Assembly (NCBI RefSeq): GCF_902459465.1
Contig: NC_047072.1
Span: 8,742,001-8,806,000 of the forward strand
DNA length: 64,000 bases
Source: Asterias rubens
Taxonomy: Eukaryota
Direction of reading: 5' to 3'
A program made the translations under genes and the position numbers. Under the pieces are notes generated by a model, which saw only the letters and a list, made by a program, of their open reading frames with translations, was not told the origin of the DNA and made no database searches. This document shows positions 63,201-64,000 of this stretch, one piece after another (position 1 is the stretch's first letter; each line of letters opens with the position of its first letter).

Positions 63201-63976
63201 ACATACGGTTACAAACGCTTTTCAAAGACCAACTCGTCAGATCCAAGCCAACGTGTCCCTTTTATACGAGTTATCAGTCTCGCTGTAATAAGTTGTACTG
63301 TGACGTCACACTTCGCTCAGTATTTTGAGATTGATTAGAAGATCGATCTTGTATAGTGCGTCGCGAAATCGATCCCAGGGCTCAATCCACTTTGTTGTAT
63401 TTATATAACAATGTTACAAGACGTGGTCATCTTTATTTGACCATGGTAGTCCCTACATCTGGGATTATATGAACGAATCAGCAACATTTTGCTCGGCCCC
63501 AGCGGCCAGGTCTATCCAGGACCGTTGGGATGGGCTAACCAGCTTGGGCAGATTCTTGACCAGGAAGTATGTCATGATATGCAGTGCATAGCAATGTGAG
63601 TGTGATACATGATGAAACTGGGCAATTTCTGGATAGACCAATGAGCGTGCTTGATACGTTTGCTCATCCCAAGGCGCTGGGGCCGCCGAGCGAACGGCAA
63701 CATTACCAACGTGTTATTACCCAAAAAAGAGGGCGTACCCAATACCCCATATGTTCTGACCGACATATGATTCTAAATGCATGTTTGACTTTAATGGGTA
63801 CGGCTTGAGTTTTTAATCATTTTTTACACTTCTCTCTCATTCTTTCTCTCTTTATAACACACCACGAATCACCATCCTGCATCCCACATGCACCAACTGT
63901 ATGGTATTTAAACACCAACACACCTTGCTCACCGTGTTTATTACACACTTTTGTCACAGGCACAATCGGTAAAGCG
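37383..63976 (+). CDS. RXFP1-like: Relaxin/INSL-family leucine-rich-repeat GPCR (LGR type C1; RXFP1/RXFP2/LGR3-like). Spliced; 3' end probably beyond the window
   Basis: join(37383-37461,39973-40131,41141-41293,42388-42661,43710-43781,45596-45667,48444-48515,49745-49816,50715-50786,51356-51427,51611-51682,52729-52800,56699-56770,59113-59184,59650-60488,61339-61622,63960-63976). All introns are GT-AG with compatible phases and no internal stop. Diagnostic RXFP motifs: one LDLa, 10 LRRs, hinge CGYAPHVRLCMPKSDGISTAENLL, TM6 KRFTLIVATDLLCWMPI, TM7 FVLPINSALNPILYT. Confidence 0.95.
39149..39509. mobile_element. Family C TTAA MITE, longer copy, in intron 1
   Basis: ttaa|agcagtcgcacaacatcggtaaacagtattgtccaaaggcccacacttcg ... 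aaagtatccaacggct|ataa. Confidence 0.75.
39973..40131 (+). CDS. RXFP1-like: Coding exon 2: LDL-receptor class A module (CGEEFPCLNSTQCVPQDAICDGTPDCDNGSDEWEKEEC)
   Basis: Six Cys with the DGxxDCxxGSDE calcium-binding signature; acceptor ggcatag (alternative in-frame acceptor would start at 40003); donor A|gtgagt; phase 1-1. Confidence 0.92.
40170..40555. mobile_element. Family A MITE, full length, 39 nt downstream of the LDLa exon
   Basis: ttaa|agccactgggcactattggtaa ... ttaccaatagtgtccactgcct|ttaa. Confidence 0.9.
40707..41003. mobile_element. Family D hairpin MITE with a family F element nested in its loop
   Basis: Family D arms flank the insertion at 40787-40928. Confidence 0.88.
40787..40928. 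mobile_element. Family F MITE with 2-bp AT TSD (ISL2EU-like by inference)
   Basis: at|aggagactttcc ... gcagcagacataccgggtaaa ... tttacccggtaagtctgctgc ... gaaagtctccc|at. Confidence 0.8.
41141..41293 (+). CDS. RXFP1-like: Coding exon 3: linker with WxxxF motif and Asp-rich tract (NDFHTNQLWDAMFGEKDDCDDSEEDDDDDCDDDDSASYQNEAGNFLIEAPC)
   Basis: Acceptor ttgtttaaag, donor G|gtaaac, 153 nt, phase 1-1, open frame. Confidence 0.85.
41470..41625. mobile_element. Family H MITE remnant
   Basis: ctgcttagcaaaaataagcagg ... ggctggtaacc ... taagcagctctatgaaa, similar to 21701-21895. Confidence 0.55.
42388..42661 (+). CDS. RXFP1-like: Coding exon 4: LRR N-terminal cap (CEC...IDCRASGLTSFPRNLP) with a Ser/Thr/Pro-rich insert
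   Basis: Acceptor ctttcacag, donor AT|gtgagg, 274 nt, phase 1-2, LRRNT cysteine pattern. Confidence 0.87.
43305..43363. repeat. Perfect 28-bp tandem duplication
   Basis: aatagatgggccgaagtccagtataggt x2. Confidence 0.95.
43710..43781 (+). CDS. RXFP1-like: LRR exon 1 (IDVSDNKITELARDDFANLTQLRI)
   Basis: 72 nt, ttccaacag / gtaagt, phase 2-2, LxxLxLxxNxI pattern. Confidence 0.93.
44992..45347. mobile_element. Family A MITE, diverged
   Basis: ttga|aggaactggacactattggtaatt ... atgtccagtgtct|ttaa. Confidence 0.82.
45596..45667 (+). CDS. RXFP1-like: LRR exon 2 (LSLSRNKLRHIDDEVFNPLTELER)
   Basis: 72 nt, aattccag / gtgagt, phase 2-2. Confidence 0.93.
46081..46486. mobile_element. Family B fold-back MITE
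   Basis: ttaa|agaaacacgatgccttggatcgg ... ccgatccaaggcaacgtgttcct|ttaa. Confidence 0.9.
47622..47825 (+). mobile_element. Penelope-like end with a hammerhead core (47691-47732) between inverted arms
   Basis: ttctc-CTGAAGA-cg-GACAG-aatgta-CTGTC-GAAAC-GTC-gaaa; arms taataaatctctgttgag / ctcaacagagatttatta. Confidence 0.65.
48444..48515 (+). CDS. RXFP1-like: LRR exon 3 (LDMIACGLDEIPARFFASQSRLKY)
   Basis: 72 nt, ttttgtacag / gtaagt, phase 2-2; Cys replaces the canonical Asn. Confidence 0.9.
48812..49010 (-). mobile_element. tRNA-derived SINE, followed by a truncated inverted copy at 49021-49135
   Basis: B box at 48914-48924 (reverse complement ggttcgaatcc); colinear with 53626-53830. Confidence 0.75.
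49745..49816 (+). CDS. RXFP1-like: LRR exon 4 (LKLAHNNLKTLARMSLIGLDSLVD)
   Basis: 72 nt, gtttctaaag / gtaagt, phase 2-2. Confidence 0.92.
50715..50786 (+). CDS. RXFP1-like: LRR exon 5 (LDVRGNQISDLEVGVFEHTPRLFT)
   Basis: 72 nt, atgttaaag / gtaagt, phase 2-2. Confidence 0.92.
50870..51290. repeat. Compound trinucleotide microsatellite: (GCT/GTT)n, (TCG)n and a near-pure (GTT)n at ~51145-51238
   Basis: Direct reading of the sequence. Confidence 0.95.
51356..51427 (+). CDS. RXFP1-like: LRR exon 6 (IHFSENRLSSIPASLLRPLWNLNW)
   Basis: 72 nt, ccttcatag / gtaaga, phase 2-2. Confidence 0.92.
51611..51682 (+). CDS. RXFP1-like: LRR exon 7 (ISFQRNDISNIEKGAFSTNEMLTT)
   Basis: 72 nt, ttttttctag / gtaagt, phase 2-2. 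Confidence 0.93.
51889..52412. mobile_element. Family G TTAA MITE (516 bp)
   Basis: ttaa|agtcacctggaa ... ttccaggtgact|ttaa. Confidence 0.85.
52435..52583. mobile_element. Family D hairpin MITE with AGT TSD
   Basis: agt|tggtgcgttcgtttagcttccc ... gggaagctaaacgaacgcaccc|agt. Confidence 0.9.
52729..52800 (+). CDS. RXFP1-like: LRR exon 8 (LMLADNKLTAVTRGVFHNLTNLVL)
   Basis: 72 nt, catttgcag / gtaagt, phase 2-2. Confidence 0.93.
52864..53249. mobile_element. Family A MITE, full length
   Basis: ttaa|aggcagtggacactatcggtaatt ... aattaccaatagtgtccactgcct|ttaa; 378 bp. Confidence 0.92.
53626..53830 (+). mobile_element. tRNA-derived SINE
   Basis: tRNA-like head with B box ggttcaaatc at 53707; body shared with 48812-49010. 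Confidence 0.75.
54228..54604. mobile_element. Family A variant MITE (agggaaggtacacgtttggtaatt ends)
   Basis: ttaa|agggaaggtacacgtttggtaatt ... aattaccaaacgtgtactttcttt|ttaa. Confidence 0.85.
54601..54972. mobile_element. Family A MITE abutting the previous copy at a shared TTAA
   Basis: ttaa|gccactggacactattgg ... caattaccaaatgtgtccggtctct|ttaa. Confidence 0.82.
55868..56420 (+). mobile_element. Penelope-like pLTR remnant with a hammerhead core (55912-55954), split by a family B MITE
   Basis: CTGAAGA-c-GATCA-tagtata-CTGAAC-GAAAC-GTT; the sequence after the MITE (ttaa-cagagatgtatacatgg) continues the motif seen unbroken at 47770-47795 (caacagagatttattacacgg). Confidence 0.65.
55991..56380. 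mobile_element. Family B fold-back MITE, full length
   Basis: ttaa|aggaacacgttgc ... gcaacgtgttcct|ttaa; central hairpin gggagtcaaaaatttgactccc. Confidence 0.92.
56699..56770 (+). CDS. RXFP1-like: LRR exon 9 (LTLRNNSIRRFEEGAFDGMTKLQT)
   Basis: 72 nt, aacttacag / gtaagt, phase 2-2. Confidence 0.93.
56816..57191. mobile_element. Family A MITE, 46 nt downstream of LRR exon 9
   Basis: ttaa|aggcagtggacactattggtaatt ... aattaccaatagtgtccagtgtc. Confidence 0.88.
58450..58850 (+). mobile_element. tRNA-headed SINE with a V-SINE-like core, split by a LINE fragment
   Basis: gattcgaatccc B box, cactatgtggattt | gatttgggttttcag ... gcgtggggttttccc ... ggggttttcctccc. Confidence 0.6.
58531..58746 (-). 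mobile_element. 5'-truncated non-LTR retrotransposon (CR1/L2/Jockey group) 3' end with GATTT TSD
   Basis: Minus strand reads YSSSFF/PRIASL...GACFPSSYDLPSFKRNVNSYLQLH* then an A-rich tail; GATTT at 58526-58530 and 58747-58751. Confidence 0.8.
59113..59184 (+). CDS. RXFP1-like: LRR exon 10 (LKLTTNPFTSLPLRIFDRLTRLQK)
   Basis: 72 nt, ctacctgcag / gtgagt, phase 2-2; terminal-LRR type NPF motif. Confidence 0.93.
59650..60488 (+). CDS. RXFP1-like: Hinge plus TM1-TM6 exon
   Basis: Lies within ORF 59633-60505; acceptor ccaatcag, donor G|gtaagt at 60489; NLAVAD (TM2), TMDRF (TM3), CWMP (TM6). Confidence 0.97.
60911..61282. mobile_element. Family A MITE in the intron between the TM6 and TM7 exons
   Basis: ttaa|aggcactattggtaatt ... 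aattaccaatagtttccactgcct|ttaa. Confidence 0.9.
61339..61622 (+). CDS. RXFP1-like: ECL3, TM7 and proximal C-tail exon
   Basis: Acceptor ctttgtag; LPINSALNPILY; probable donor AAG|gttggt at 61623. If unspliced, the frame reads on to a stop ending at 61649. Confidence 0.92.
61706..62120. mobile_element. Family A variant MITE interrupted by a family D element
   Basis: aggcactgtacacattggtaatt...caaagaccag ... cctgaag [D] gttgagaatttacctctttctc. Confidence 0.7.
61922..62072. mobile_element. Family D hairpin MITE
   Basis: att|gggtgcgttgg ... aaacgaacgcaccc|aat. Confidence 0.9.
62129..62272. mobile_element. Family F MITE, diverged, AT-flanked
   Basis: at|tggagactttg ... ggcagcaga ... cctggtaagtctgctgcc ... 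gaaagtctg|at. Confidence 0.7.
62848..63378. mobile_element. Family E-like MITE split by a family B MITE (62882-63263)
   Basis: cag|ggctggatatcacaaag ... [ttaa aggaacacgttgcc ... acgtgtccct ttta] ... gcgaaatcgatcc|cag. Confidence 0.7.
63960..63976 (+). CDS. RXFP1-like: Probable 17-nt micro-exon extending the C-tail (AQSVKR...)
   Basis: Acceptor cacacttttgtcacag, perfect donor gtaagt at 63977, pyrimidine tract at 63810-63855, phase 0 fits the previous exon end. Confidence 0.55.
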
Positions 63977-64000
63977 GTAAGTAGCATGCAAACAAGTTTG

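Noticed and set aside
63421-63591. Terminal exon TWSSLFDHGSPYIW...MICSA* as the continuation of the receptor
   Set aside because: In phase, but the AAG acceptor is weak with no pyrimidine tract; the 63960 micro-exon has much stronger signals. Not fully excluded.

Overview
AT-rich, repeat-dense animal genomic DNA. The repeat content suggests an invertebrate deuterostome, probably a starfish, but this is inference. One protein-coding gene is well supported: a + strand, intron-rich relaxin-family receptor (type C1 LGR, RXFP1/RXFP2/LGR3-like). I assembled it by hand from 16 GT-AG exons (37383-61622, 836 codons in one open frame) plus a probable 17-nt micro-exon at 63960-63976, and it probably continues past the window end. 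Its domains are a signal peptide, one LDLa module, an Asp-rich linker, an LRR N-cap split by a ~55-aa Ser/Thr/Pro insert, ten 72-nt LRR exons, a hinge, 7TM and a Ser/Thr-rich tail. The first ~35 kb has no convincing gene. The rest is a layered transposon landscape: about 25 TTAA-flanked AG...CT (Kolobok/T2-type) MITEs, 3-bp-TSD and AT-TSD hairpin MITEs, tRNA-headed SINEs, a LINE 3' fragment, Penelope-like ends with decayed hammerhead ribozyme cores, an LTR-like element, satellites, and at least eight nested insertions. I found no proven new biological system. The best leads are the receptor's unusual ectodomain, the hammerhead remnants repeatedly hit by one MITE family, a possibly self-priming LTR element, and the micro-exon. 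All coordinates were read by eye, and repeat boundaries are approximate unless a TSD is quoted.
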